From contig NZ_LXLV01000052.1 of assembly GCF_001757995.1 (NCBI RefSeq), forward strand, positions 26,424-50,423: a DNA stretch of 24,000 nucleotides, written 5' to 3'. A program made the translations under genes and the position numbers. The notes under the pieces are model-generated. The model had not been told where the DNA came from. It did no database searches and saw only the letters and a list, made by a program, of their open reading frames with translations. Shown piece by piece: positions 1 through 8,889 of the stretch (position 1 is the stretch's first letter; every line of letters begins with the position of its first letter). The DNA is from Bacillus mycoides (GTDB taxonomy: Bacteria; Bacillota; Bacilli; Bacillales; Bacillaceae_G).

Positions 1-352
1 CATACTCTAAAAAATAAAACGTTCAAATTGCACACTTACTAACATATCTTTCCATAAAAAAGTTGAATTCATACAGAAAGAACAACAAATTCTTGCTGGT
101 TCAGCAAAAGTATTCAACTATAAGGATATCATTTATGAATAGGAATGAACATATTTTAAATGAGATAATTGGATTAATTAATTTAAAATCCTTCTTTAGA
201 TTTTCGAAAGACCTCTATGTTCCATAATGATTCTTTCATATAGGCAGCAGGCATGCCACCTTTCAATCTGTAAGTAAATACTAAAATGGCACCTCATACC
301 CTAATGCGTTTCCGTACGTTTTTAGGATGAGAGATACATCCTTCTATGTAAA

Positions 353-1405
353 TTAAAGAGACTTATGTAGTAATTCCAGTACCTCTTTCATCGCAAAAGG
401 ACCATCTTTTTTTACATGCTCCGCGAATTCAGAAACGAGACGTAATGTTTTCACACTTTCGATTGGATGCTCCCCTGATGCACTTTCAGCAGAAAGCATA
501 ACAGCATTCGTTCCGTCCAATACAGCCTGAAATACATCCGTCACCTCAGCTCTTGTAGGAATAGAATGATCTACCATAGATTGAAGCATTTGTGTTGCTG
601 TAATTACATATGTATTTGTTCGATTGCACTCACGAATCATCATTTTTTGTAACAGTGGAATAAATTGATACGGCAATTCCACACCTAAATCTCCCCTTGC
701 AATCATAATTCCATCCGCTTCTTTACATATATCTTGAAAATTCTCGATTGCTTCCAGCGTTTCTATTTTTGCAATTAAACTTGGGGCAGTTTCTTTATGC
801 TCTTGTATAAAATCCCGTATTTCTTTTATATGACAAGGTTTTCGCACGAAGGAACACGCAATAAAATCAACATTCTCTTCTAAAAGAAACTGAATATCTT
901 TTTTATCTTTCTCTGTAATAGCTGGTAAGCTAACAGTCGCACCAGGTAAATTCACCCCTTTATGAGAGGCAATATTTCCACCGGTTTTTATTCTCGTTTC
1001 TATTTTGTCCGTACTTACCTTTTCAACGATTAACTCAACTTCTCCATCATTAATAAGAATTCTACTTCCAACTTTCACGTCATTCGCAATCCCTACATAA
1101 TCAACACTTGCTTCTTCTTTATTCCCTTGAACTGGATTGGTATGTAAAATAAATAACTCCCCTGCTTCAAGTGTAATTTGTTCCTCTTTCATTTCACCCA
1201 ATCTTATTTTAGGACCTTGTACATCCCCTAAAATTTTAATAGAATCGTCTAACGATTTCACTAAACGAATGATCTCTTTATGACTTTCATGCGTGCCATG
1301 TGATAAATTCAACCGAACAATTTTCATACCATTGTTTATTAACTGCGCTAATGTTTCTTTATTATTACTTGCTGGCCCAATTGTACAAACTCGATCAATT
1401 GTCAT
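353..1405 (-). CDS. pyk: pyruvate kinase, short paralog (350 aa, catalytic A/B domains only)
   Basis: The ATG at 1405 has an upstream GGATGGTGGG SD. The translation carries PK hallmarks GPKIRLG, MIARGDLGVE, ATQMLQSM and RAEVTDVFQAVLDGTNAVMLSAESASGEHP. The protein stops about 40 aa after the last motif. Confidence 0.9.
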   Translation of the reverse strand: MTIDRVCTIGPASNNKETLAQLINNGMKIVRLNLSHGTHESHKEIIRLVKSLDDSIKILGDVQGPKIRLGEMKEEQITLEAGELFILHTNPVQGNKEEASVDYVGIANDVKVGSRILINDGEVELIVEKVSTDKIETRIKTGGNIASHKGVNLPGATVSLPAITEKDKKDIQFLLEENVDFIACSFVRKPCHIKEIRDFIQEHKETAPSLIAKIETLEAIENFQDICKEADGIMIARGDLGVELPYQFIPLLQKMMIRECNRTNTYVITATQMLQSMVDHSIPTRAEVTDVFQAVLDGTNAVMLSAESASGEHPIESVKTLRLVSEFAEHVKKDGPFAMKEVLELLHKSL

Positions 1406-1658
1406 TTTCCCACCATCCTTTTTTAAATGTTTCCCCTAAAATAAAGAGAAGATTCTTTTTATAAGAAAGACCGTACAACTAAGGGTGCAAAGAAGTTTTA
1501 TATGAGGAGAATGTTTTGCTGAAGAAGTAGCTTAAATTTAACTTGTTGACTCCATAGTTATTGTTAGTTTCGTTGCAATAGGGTACTACTAATAATAAAT
1601 CTTGTTTACATACGAACGTTAGATTGAGATATCGAAAACAACCTATGGAGGAACCACA

Positions 1659-3332
1659 ATGACTAATCTTCGTAAAAAGATAATGGGACTAACATTAGCA
1701 GGAACGATAGCACTATGGTCATTAGCAACAGGAAGCATAATGAACGATAACAAGGTAAAAGCTGAGGTGAAAAAAGTAGGAAAGCAACCCAAAAATGTAA
1801 TTTTCATGGTTATAGATGGGACAAGCTCTTCTGCTACAACATTAGCCCGGTGGTACAAGGGTTCACCTCTTGCACTAGATCAAATTGTATCCGGAGGTGT
1901 TCGTACATATTCGGCAGAATCAGCTATTACGGATTCTGCACCGGCAGCCACAGCTTTAGCGACAGGAAACAAATCAAATTCAGGCTACGTGGGCGTATTA
2001 CCTTCTGTTGTGAATTCACCTGGCTTAGAACTCATTAAAGAAAAATGCAAGTTTCATCCAGTTGCAAACGTCTTAGAAGGCGCAGAACATTCCGGCCGCG
2101 CGACAGGAATCATTGCTACATCAGAAATTCAGCATGCTACTCCGGCTAGTTTTTCTGCCCACCATGCTAACCGTAAGAATTTTGAAGTAATTGGTGAACA
2201 GCAAGTTTATCAAAATATAGAAGTTGTATTAGGTGGTGGCAAGGCAGCACTTCAGCCTACGACAAGCAATGGAATTCGTAAAGACAACGAAGATTTAGTA
2301 AAAGTAATTCAAGGAAAAGGATACGACTTTGTCGAAACAAAAGATGCCTTATTAAACTCCAAATCAAATAAAATCTGGGGTTCTTTCTCTAATACTGCCC
2401 TTGCGTTCGATATGGATCGTGAGGCAAATCATCCTAAGCAGCCAACTCTTTCCCAGATGACGAGAAAAGCAATTCAAACATTATCAAAAGATAAAGATGG
2501 TTTCTTCTTATTCGTAGAAGGCAGTAAGGCAGATTGGGCAGCACATGCAAATGACCCAATCGGGATGATTAGCGATGTATTGGCGTTTGATGATGCGGTT
2601 ACAGAAGCATTAGAATTTGCGAAGAAAGATGGTAACACTATGGTCATTGCTTTAGCGGATCATGGGAATAGCGGTATTTCCATTGGTAACAGCAATACCA
2701 CAAAAGGCTATGATACTACACCAGTATCAGCTTACATAGACCCACTGAAAAAGGCAAAAATGACACTTGAAGGTGCTACAAATAAACTAAAAGATGATTT
2801 ATCTAATCTAAAAGAAGTCGCTGTACTTTACGGTTTAGACAACCTAACTGATGATGAAAGAAAAAAATTAAAAGATGCACAAAAGAAAACTGATGTAGGT
2901 CCAATCCTTACTAAATTATTGGCCAACCGGGCGAACATCGGTTTTACAACTGGTGGTCATACGGGTGAAGATGTATTCTTATACTCTTACGGTCCTCAAA
3001 AGCCATACGGTTTAGTCCAAAATACAGACATTGCGAAAATAATGGCCAAAGCAATGGGTTTTCAATTAGGAGAAATAACTAAGAAATTATTCTTAGATGC
3101 TGAAACAGCCTTTAAACAAATTGGTGCAACTGTAGCAATTGACAAAAAGGATGCACGAAACCCGGTGCTTGTAGTAAAACGCGATAATACATCGGCAAAA
3201 TTGTCTGTTAATAAAAATATTATCTGTATCGGTGGAGAAGATCATGAATTAGGAAGCATCGTTGTAGAAAGCAACGGGAAATTCTATGTACCCGAAAAAG
3301 CAATTCAACTATTCACTAAGTATTCTCGCTAA
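1659..3332 (+). CDS. secreted alkaline phosphatase (PhoA/PhoB family) with a C-terminal extra domain of about 100 aa
   Basis: GGAGG SD lies 7 nt before the ATG. There is an N-terminal signal-like segment (LTLAGTIALWSLATGS). The metal and nucleophile motifs are VIDGTSSS and TDSAPAATALATGNKS, followed by the later ADHGN and GGHTGEDV motifs. Confidence 0.9.
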   Translation: MTNLRKKIMGLTLAGTIALWSLATGSIMNDNKVKAEVKKVGKQPKNVIFMVIDGTSSSATTLARWYKGSPLALDQIVSGGVRTYSAESAITDSAPAATALATGNKSNSGYVGVLPSVVNSPGLELIKEKCKFHPVANVLEGAEHSGRATGIIATSEIQHATPASFSAHHANRKNFEVIGEQQVYQNIEVVLGGGKAALQPTTSNGIRKDNEDLVKVIQGKGYDFVETKDALLNSKSNKIWGSFSNTALAFDMDREANHPKQPTLSQMTRKAIQTLSKDKDGFFLFVEGSKADWAAHANDPIGMISDVLAFDDAVTEALEFAKKDGNTMVIALADHGNSGISIGNSNTTKGYDTTPVSAYIDPLKKAKMTLEGATNKLKDDLSNLKEVAVLYGLDNLTDDERKKLKDAQKKTDVGPILTKLLANRANIGFTTGGHTGEDVFLYSYGPQKPYGLVQNTDIAKIMAKAMGFQLGEITKKLFLDAETAFKQIGATVAIDKKDARNPVLVVKRDNTSAKLSVNKNIICIGGEDHELGSIVVESNGKFYVPEKAIQLFTKYSR

Positions 3333-3463
3333 AATAAAAAGAATCCAAAGGACCTGCTACATGCTCGTTCGCTGTACAAACCCAATATCTTTAGCGATAT
3401 GGGACAAAAGACATTGAATTTCCTGTGCAAATAATTGTAACTCGTCATATTTAAAAACAGACA

Positions 3464-3507
3464 TAAAAAAACGTCATCCTTTCTATAGAAAGGATGACGT
3501 TTTTTTC
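3464..3507. terminator. bidirectional intrinsic terminator between the convergent phosphatase and lipoprotein genes
   Basis: A perfect 13-bp stem ACGTCATCCTTTC (3471-3483) / GAAAGGATGACGT (3488-3500) has a TATA loop. It is flanked by an A-run at 3464-3470 and a T-run at 3501-3506. Confidence 0.85.
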
Positions 3508-3568
3508 GTTATCTGGGTACAAATTTATCTTATTGAATCCATTCAACAATAGTATCCATAGTTTGAAA

Positions 3569-4255
3569 CTATGAAAGCTTCGTCAATAATTGATTTAAAT
3601 CTTTTTTCGTTTTCGTCGTTAATGACTTCATTTTATTAATATCGATCTTTTCTTTCTCCGCTCTTATAATTAATGGATACAAACTTTGTTCAATTGTTTT
3701 GTATTCAGTTGGATGTGATGCTTCTATATCTTTTTCAATTACATCCCACTTCTCATTAATTTGTTTTCCAAGTTTATTAACCGTTTCTAATTTAGGATTT
3801 GCAGCTAATTGCTTGTCTAAGCTTTCAATTAATGTAACGACTTCTTTTACATTTGCTTTCACAGCTACGCTTTTCTTCGGATCTTTCGTTGTCTTTCCGT
3901 TATTGTTTGTACTTGTGCTTTGATCTGTTGTTTTCCCGCTAGTAGTTTGATCATTCGTTTTTCCTGTCGTTTCTTTTTCTTTTGTTGTTTTACCGTTACT
4001 TTCTGTTCCTGATGATTCTTTCGTATTTTTTGCATCCTTATCTGTTTTTTCATTCGAAGAAGTATTTGTGTCTTTTTCAGTATCTTTCGTTGTTTTTGAC
4101 GCTTCATCTGCACTTGTCGTTTTTGATTGCTCTTCATTTTGTGCAGTTGCTGGATCCTTCTTCGCTTCATCTTTATCTGTGAAGGTACTACAAGCTGCCA
4201 TTGAAAGCATTGTACCAATTGCTACTGATGCGATAGCGACCTTTTTCATTTTCAT
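3569..4255 (-). CDS. lipoprotein with a long Thr/Lys/Ser-rich low-complexity linker and a helical C-terminal domain
   Basis: AGGGGGA SD. The signal peptide has a lipobox (MKMKKVAIASVAIGTMLSMAAC-S). The central ~110 aa are T/K/S/E/N-rich with a reiterated GKTT motif. Confidence 0.8.
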   Translation of the reverse strand: MKMKKVAIASVAIGTMLSMAACSTFTDKDEAKKDPATAQNEEQSKTTSADEASKTTKDTEKDTNTSSNEKTDKDAKNTKESSGTESNGKTTKEKETTGKTNDQTTSGKTTDQSTSTNNNGKTTKDPKKSVAVKANVKEVVTLIESLDKQLAANPKLETVNKLGKQINEKWDVIEKDIEASHPTEYKTIEQSLYPLIIRAEKEKIDINKMKSLTTKTKKDLNQLLTKLS

Positions 4256-4431
4256 AAAAATCCCCCTATGTTTACAATTTTATCCTTCTCTTTACGATTC
4301 TATTTTCCCTTAAAAAACTCCTTTTCACACGAATCACCATCTTTCCGACAGTAATCTTCATAATAATACGTACAAAAACTGATAAATTCATTTTAATATT
4401 CGAGTTTCTTCTACCTTATTTTTCTCCTCTG

Positions 4432-4495
4432 TAGTAAAAGAAAAAGAGTATATTGTCACATAGAGAATTGTAATCTACATGTGGCAATATACTCT
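4432..4495 (-). terminator. intrinsic terminator of the SDR gene
   Basis: A 17-bp stem pairs 4445-4461 with 4479-4495 (one G-U). On the minus strand it is followed directly by TTTTCTTTT. Confidence 0.75.
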
Positions 4496-4592
4496 CCTAT
4501 CAATTTTTTATCTTTCTTGACATTTTATTTATACAAAAAAATAAAATTATCCCTAATTTTTTTGTTTCTCAACACTTGTTAACATAATAATT

Positions 4593-5351
4593 TTATGAAT
4601 AACCACCATTCGAATGAATTACTTGCCCAGTAACCCACTTCGCTTCTTCACTTACTAAAAAAGCTATTAATCGCGCAGCATCCACCGGATCTCCAACTCT
4701 TCCTTGCGGGAATTTCCATACTAAATGATGCTGTAATTCCTCAGTAATCCATCCTGTATTCGTTGGTCCTGGATCCACAGCATTGACTGTAATCCCCTTC
4801 TCCATAGCAACTGGTGCAACTGACTTTGTAAATGCCTCTATTGCTCCTTTCGTTGCTGCGTATGCAAGTTCATCCGGCATTGGTCCTAATGACTGCCCTG
4901 AAGTTAGATTTATAATACTTCCACTCGTTTTGAGTGAATAATGTTTTATAAATAACGAACTTAATAGCATAGTAGCACGCACATTAACCGTATAATGTTT
5001 ATCTAACTGTTCTACATCTAACTCTTCAATTTTCGTATGAGTAGAATAAGCGGCATTATTAATAAGAATAGATGGCTCGCCTAAACGTTCTGATACCATA
5101 TACAATACACGATTAGGCGAATAAGACTGCGATAAGTTGATTTCTGCCATTTCACATCGAACGCCATAACTTTCAATTTCCTTTTTCAATAAAAAAGGTT
5201 CTTGATCATTCATTCCCCACGGCATTGATTTATCATACCGAGGCCAGTACGTGAAAAAAACGTCTATCCCCTTTTGAGCAAGCACTTTGCATACAGCTGC
5301 ACCAATTCCATTCAGACGAGTTGCCCCTGTTACAATTGCTATTTTTCTCAC
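4593..5351 (-). CDS. SDR family NAD(P)-dependent oxidoreductase
   Basis: GTG start with a GGGGGAG SD. The Rossmann motif is TGATRLNGIG, with NNAAY and the catalytic YAATKGAIEAF (YxxxK). Confidence 0.9.
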   Translation of the reverse strand: MRKIAIVTGATRLNGIGAAVCKVLAQKGIDVFFTYWPRYDKSMPWGMNDQEPFLLKKEIESYGVRCEMAEINLSQSYSPNRVLYMVSERLGEPSILINNAAYSTHTKIEELDVEQLDKHYTVNVRATMLLSSLFIKHYSLKTSGSIINLTSGQSLGPMPDELAYAATKGAIEAFTKSVAPVAMEKGITVNAVDPGPTNTGWITEELQHHLVWKFPQGRVGDPVDAARLIAFLVSEEAKWVTGQVIHSNGGYS

Positions 5352-5407
5352 TTTTTCTCCCCCATCTATGCATAGATCCCCTGCACGAATACAGAGGATC
5401 TATCTTC

Positions 5408-7072
5408 TTAATTAATATTTGACAATATACGCTCTGCACCTAATTTTAAAATTCTAATTAAAATTAAATTGGCAATGGTAAACAGTATAAATAAAATAAT
5501 AAACATAACCCACAGTCCAACATGAAGGACAAAGTATAATAAACTTACTCCCGCTACAATAATTAAAGCTATTAAAATATTAGCTAAAAAATTCCACAAA
5601 GTTGTATATCGACTTTTAAATAATTTCTGCTCTGTATCCCAATGTATATCTGCAGTTTGTGCATCCCAGCGTGTTCCGATTAAATTGATTAACAATAATC
5701 CGTTCGCACTTAGTAAAAACCAAAGTACCATAAATATTGGAGAAACCCCTGCTACAAATGCCATCGTAATACCGAATACAGCTAAAATTGATATATTAAT
5801 TAACCAAGCTGTTAATGTTTTTGCGAAAAAGATATCGGAAGCCTTTACTGGTAAGTAACGATTCACAAACCAAGAGCTTCCATCTCGAGAAAATGATGTT
5901 GTTGCAATTACGTTATTTCCCATTAAAAATAACGATGCACAAAGGCCAGCACCAATTGCAAAACCCGCTGTCTCTGGATTGTTTACATATTCCGTAATAA
6001 ACTTTAAATTTCCATCTTGTACAAATAAAATAAAGAACAGCATAATCGGCATTACAAAAGTTTGCACAATGCAATTTAAGAAAAATTGCGGTGTACGGAA
6101 TAACGTTTTAAATTCTTTTTTCACATATGCTTTTAAATGAGAACTTTGTACCGTTGATTTCTGTAAACCTTCTGCTGAAATTACCTCTTTCTTTGCTGTA
6201 CTCGTTGAAAGTCCAATAACCCCTTTCAAATATGTACGCTCTGCAATGTAGTAAAACAGCCCGAAAAATGCGATAGAAATAAGAATGTATATTAGTACGT
6301 ATAATATTCCCTTCCACGATGCATTTTCTACTAATCCCATTGCACCAAAATATGTAGTCGGAAAATAATTTGTCATTTGTATGAAAAGGGAGGATTGATT
6401 ATTTGCAAGATAATTCGCAACTGAATCTCCAGCTCCAGATACTGCACTTTTATTTCTCCATTGCATAAATACATTGATTCCGACGATAAATAGTATACTT
6501 ACGATTCCAATAAATATACTTCCTCGATCTTTATTTTTCGCTATATTCGTATACCTCATAATAATTGTCATAATTAACGAAGCTAGCACTAACGGAACGA
6601 TCGGGAAAAATATGTAAATGACAACCATATAAATGTAATATGTAATGAAAGCACCACTCTTTAAACCGTAAGTAATAAAGATAGGCCATAAAATAAACGA
6701 GCTCATTACGTATTGTGTAATTAACACTGTAAAGAACTTTGCCGAAATAATTTGCGCTGGTTTTAACGGTAACGGTAGTAACATTTCAACATCATTACTA
6801 TAGTAAAACACTGTTAAAATGTTCATAATACTCATCAAAAATACCCATATACTAGCAATAGCTAATCCCATTGCAATAATAATCCCTGGATCCTGTCCGA
6901 GATGTATCATTCCTTCATACATTCCGTGGGTCATCGAACCAAATATTAAAAAACCTACAAATAATATTGCTGCAAATGAAAATAAATAAGCCCATCGTTT
7001 CTTTTTATCAGTTATAAAATCTGCATAATTTAATTTCAATAATACTTTCGTTAACGTCCAAATTTTACTCAT
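5408..7072 (-). CDS. ABC exporter permease, large multi-pass membrane protein (554 aa)
   Basis: The protein is almost entirely hydrophobic, with many predicted TM segments. Its ATG overlaps the upstream ATPase stop in ATGAGTAA (8-nt overlap), which implies translational coupling. Confidence 0.8.
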   Translation of the reverse strand: MSKIWTLTKVLLKLNYADFITDKKKRWAYLFSFAAILFVGFLIFGSMTHGMYEGMIHLGQDPGIIIAMGLAIASIWVFLMSIMNILTVFYYSNDVEMLLPLPLKPAQIISAKFFTVLITQYVMSSFILWPIFITYGLKSGAFITYYIYMVVIYIFFPIVPLVLASLIMTIIMRYTNIAKNKDRGSIFIGIVSILFIVGINVFMQWRNKSAVSGAGDSVANYLANNQSSLFIQMTNYFPTTYFGAMGLVENASWKGILYVLIYILISIAFFGLFYYIAERTYLKGVIGLSTSTAKKEVISAEGLQKSTVQSSHLKAYVKKEFKTLFRTPQFFLNCIVQTFVMPIMLFFILFVQDGNLKFITEYVNNPETAGFAIGAGLCASLFLMGNNVIATTSFSRDGSSWFVNRYLPVKASDIFFAKTLTAWLINISILAVFGITMAFVAGVSPIFMVLWFLLSANGLLLINLIGTRWDAQTADIHWDTEQKLFKSRYTTLWNFLANILIALIIVAGVSLLYFVLHVGLWVMFIILFILFTIANLILIRILKLGAERILSNIN

Positions 7073-7790
7073 TACCCGTCATCTCCAAGAACATTTTTTC
7101 AAGTGATTCATTGGATTTAAAATGATCTCTCATTTCATTTAAATTTCCTTTAAACTGCAAATTCCCCTTATTAATAATAGCGACGCGATCACATATTTTT
7201 TCCGCCACTTCTAATACGTGTGTAGAGAAAAATACAATCTTCCCTTTATCTGCATGTTCTCTCATCATTTCTTTTAAAATATATGCAGATTTCGGATCCA
7301 GCCCTGTTAATGGTTCATCTAAAATCCACACATCTGGTTCATGTATAAGCACTCCAATAATAACGATTTTTTGTCTCATACCGTGTGAATAACTTTGAAT
7401 TTGATCCGATAAAGCATTATAAAGATCAAACTTCTTCGCTAAAGACTCTATTCGTTCTTGTCTTACTTCCTTTGGTACTTCATACATATCAGCCATAAAG
7501 TTTAAATATTCAATCCCTTTTAATCGTAAAAACATATCCGGACTATCTGGAACATAGCCAAATGTTTTCTTCGCTTCCATCGGATTTTTCATAATATCTT
7601 TACCATTGATTGTAATGGTCCCTTTGTCCACCCCATGAATACCAGTAATCATCTTAATTGTCGTGGATTTACCGGCACCATTCGGTCCTAAAAATCCAAA
7701 GATTTCTCCACTAGGTACTGTTAAACTTAAATCTTTTACTGCATATGAAGATCCATTATAACTTTTTGACACATTCGTAATTTCAATCAT
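7065..7790 (-). CDS. ABC transporter ATP-binding protein
   Basis: Walker A is GPNGAGKST, the signature-like motif is YSHGMRQK and Walker B is VWILDEP. I prefer the ATG at 7790 (AAAGGA SD 9 nt upstream) over the ORF-track TTG at 7799. Confidence 0.9.
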   Translation of the reverse strand: MIEITNVSKSYNGSSYAVKDLSLTVPSGEIFGFLGPNGAGKSTTIKMITGIHGVDKGTITINGKDIMKNPMEAKKTFGYVPDSPDMFLRLKGIEYLNFMADMYEVPKEVRQERIESLAKKFDLYNALSDQIQSYSHGMRQKIVIIGVLIHEPDVWILDEPLTGLDPKSAYILKEMMREHADKGKIVFFSTHVLEVAEKICDRVAIINKGNLQFKGNLNEMRDHFKSNESLEKMFLEMTGNE

Positions 7791-7832
7791 TCCATCCAAT
7801 CCTTTCCTTAATTACCAATTAACTATATTAAT

Positions 7833-7841
7833 ATTATAGCA
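7833..7841 (-). promoter_or_regulatory. candidate extended -10 (TGcTATAAT) for the ABC operon
   Basis: The minus strand reads ATGCTATAAT about 45 nt upstream of the ATPase start. No good -35 is visible. Confidence 0.35.
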
Positions 7842-7892
7842 TACTTATATTTTTAGATTTTTATTATTTTTCAGTTTTATTAAGTTGCAGTT

Positions 7893-8087
7893 TTACCCTT
7901 TAAAATAAATATAAGTACCAAGTCCAACTATTAAAACGATAGCTAATATAATATAAATCATCGTAAGCCGTTTAATGTTCCCTTTTGTCGCTTTACTATA
8001 ATTCGCATCACCATTCCGCCCAATTAACACCGTCGCAATTACAGTAACCACTACAAGTAATACAACAATCATTATCCAAGTTAACAT
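7893..8087 (-). CDS. small two-TM membrane protein (64 aa)
   Basis: The ATG at 8087 follows a GGGGGAGGA SD. Two hydrophobic helices flank a basic loop. The ORF-track start at 8105 lacks an SD. Confidence 0.6.
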   Translation of the reverse strand: MLTWIMIVVLLVVVTVIATVLIGRNGDANYSKATKGNIKRLTMIYIILAIVLIVGLGTYIYFKG

Positions 8088-8210
8088 TTTTTCCTCCCCC
8101 TCCATACAACCATTTTACAATATTATCCTCTTTATTTCGCAGCATATTTCTCCTTTTTTACTATTATTATGAAGCAAGCTGGAAAACTATTATTACCATT
8201 AACATCCATA

Positions 8211-8250
8211 TGTGATATATTTATAACATAACGTGATATATTTCTAACAT
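8211..8250 (+). promoter_or_regulatory. two direct copies of an 18-nt box (GTGATATATTT[A/C]TAACAT), candidate operator and promoter of the membrane-protein/XRE operon
   Basis: The boxes at 8212-8229 and 8233-8250 match at 17/18 positions and are offset by 21 bp. Each contains an extended -10-like TGATATATT. The first box is an imperfect palindrome, TGTnATA...TATnACA. A possible -35 TTACCA lies at 8193-8198. Confidence 0.5.
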
Positions 8251-8267
8251 TATAAGGAGGACCTATC

Positions 8268-8627
8268 ATGAAAACAACTTGGATAAAATATTTAGGATTT
8301 CTCGGTTTCTTCGGTTTCCTCGGATTTTTTTATGAAAAAGGATTGTTTACTATGTTCTGTTTCTTCTCCTTTTTCACAACGTATAGAAATGTGCATCATG
8401 ATGAACTCTTTGAACAAATCGTAAATAAATCGTGCCGCAATGCATTTATCATTACGTTACTAACTACCGCTATTATTATGTTTATTGAAATGCTATTCCC
8501 AAATGGTGCGTTACAAGAAATTGATATCGCTCTTATTTTCGGCACACTCATTCTTACGTTCGGTTTCTCTATGTTTTTTTACGATAAACCAGTTGATGAA
8601 ATGGAAGATGCACCATGGCGTTCGTAA
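8268..8627 (+). CDS. small membrane protein with a reiterated [13 protein letters not shown] motif (DUF3796-like)
   Basis: AAGGAGG SD lies 7 nt upstream. The N-terminal GF-rich repeat and several TM helices are present. The 3' end overlaps the next gene by 13 nt. Confidence 0.75.
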   Translation: MKTTWIKYLGFLGFFGFLGFFYEKGLFTMFCFFSFFTTYRNVHHDELFEQIVNKSCRNAFIITLLTTAIIMFIEMLFPNGALQEIDIALIFGTLILTFGFSMFFYDKPVDEMEDAPWRS

Positions 8628-8815
8628 CGAAAATAAAAGAATACCGCGCCAAATTGAATATGACACAAGAAGATTTAGCGAAGAGCGTTGGTGTACGCCG
8701 TGAAACAATTAGCCATCTCGAAAAAGGAAAATACAATCCTTCCTTACAACTTGCTCATGATATAGCGAAGGCACTTCATAGTACGATTGATGAGGTTTTT
8801 ATTTTTGAGGATTAA
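8615..8815 (+). CDS. XRE/Cro-type helix-turn-helix transcriptional regulator (66 aa)
   Basis: The HTH core is [41 protein letters not shown]. It overlaps the upstream membrane-protein gene. Confidence 0.9.
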   Translation: MAFVTKIKEYRAKLNMTQEDLAKSVGVRRETISHLEKGKYNPSLQLAHDIAKALHSTIDEVFIFED

Positions 8816-8844
8816 TAAAGGGCAACAAGTCACCAGAATCACAT

Positions 8845-8882
8845 AAAAAATACCGGCATCCTTCCCATGAAGAATACCGGTA
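8845..8882 (-). terminator. weak candidate terminator for the 320-aa ORF
   Basis: TACCGG (8851-8856) pairs with CCGGTA (8877-8882), with an inner CTTC/GAAG pairing. On the minus strand it is followed by TTTTTT (8845-8850). The stem is short and the loop is long. Confidence 0.4.
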
Positions 8883-8889
8883 CTTCTCA

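Noticed and set aside
135-224. 29-codon ORF (MNRNEHILNEIIGLINLKSFFRFSKDLYVP) and other tiny frames in the first 350 nt
   Set aside because: It has a weak SD and no conservation evidence available to me. The region may simply be the 3' flank of the pyruvate kinase gene.
316-341. AGGATG/CATCCT hairpin just downstream of the pyruvate kinase stop
   Set aside because: On the minus strand it is followed by an A-run rather than a U-tract. On the plus strand the T-run precedes the stem. It does not qualify as a terminator in either direction.
1406-1658. PhoP (Pho box) sites upstream of the alkaline phosphatase gene
   Set aside because: I looked for phased TTAACA-like direct repeats and found only isolated partial matches (TTTAACT, TTTACA). 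That is not enough to claim Pho regulation.
3699-4313. Four overlapping ORFs (3699..3923+, 3865..4218-, 3982..4182+, 4068..4313+) inside the lipoprotein gene
   Set aside because: These are shadow frames created by the low-complexity A/G-rich coding repeat. None has an SD or a start context, and all overlap a gene with a clear lipobox signal peptide.
5372-5401. Hairpin TAGATCCCCTG/CAGAGGATCTA between the ABC permease and the SDR gene
   Set aside because: It is an 11-bp stem with one mismatch but has no U-tract on the minus strand. I cannot call it a terminator, and it may only be an mRNA-processing or stability element.
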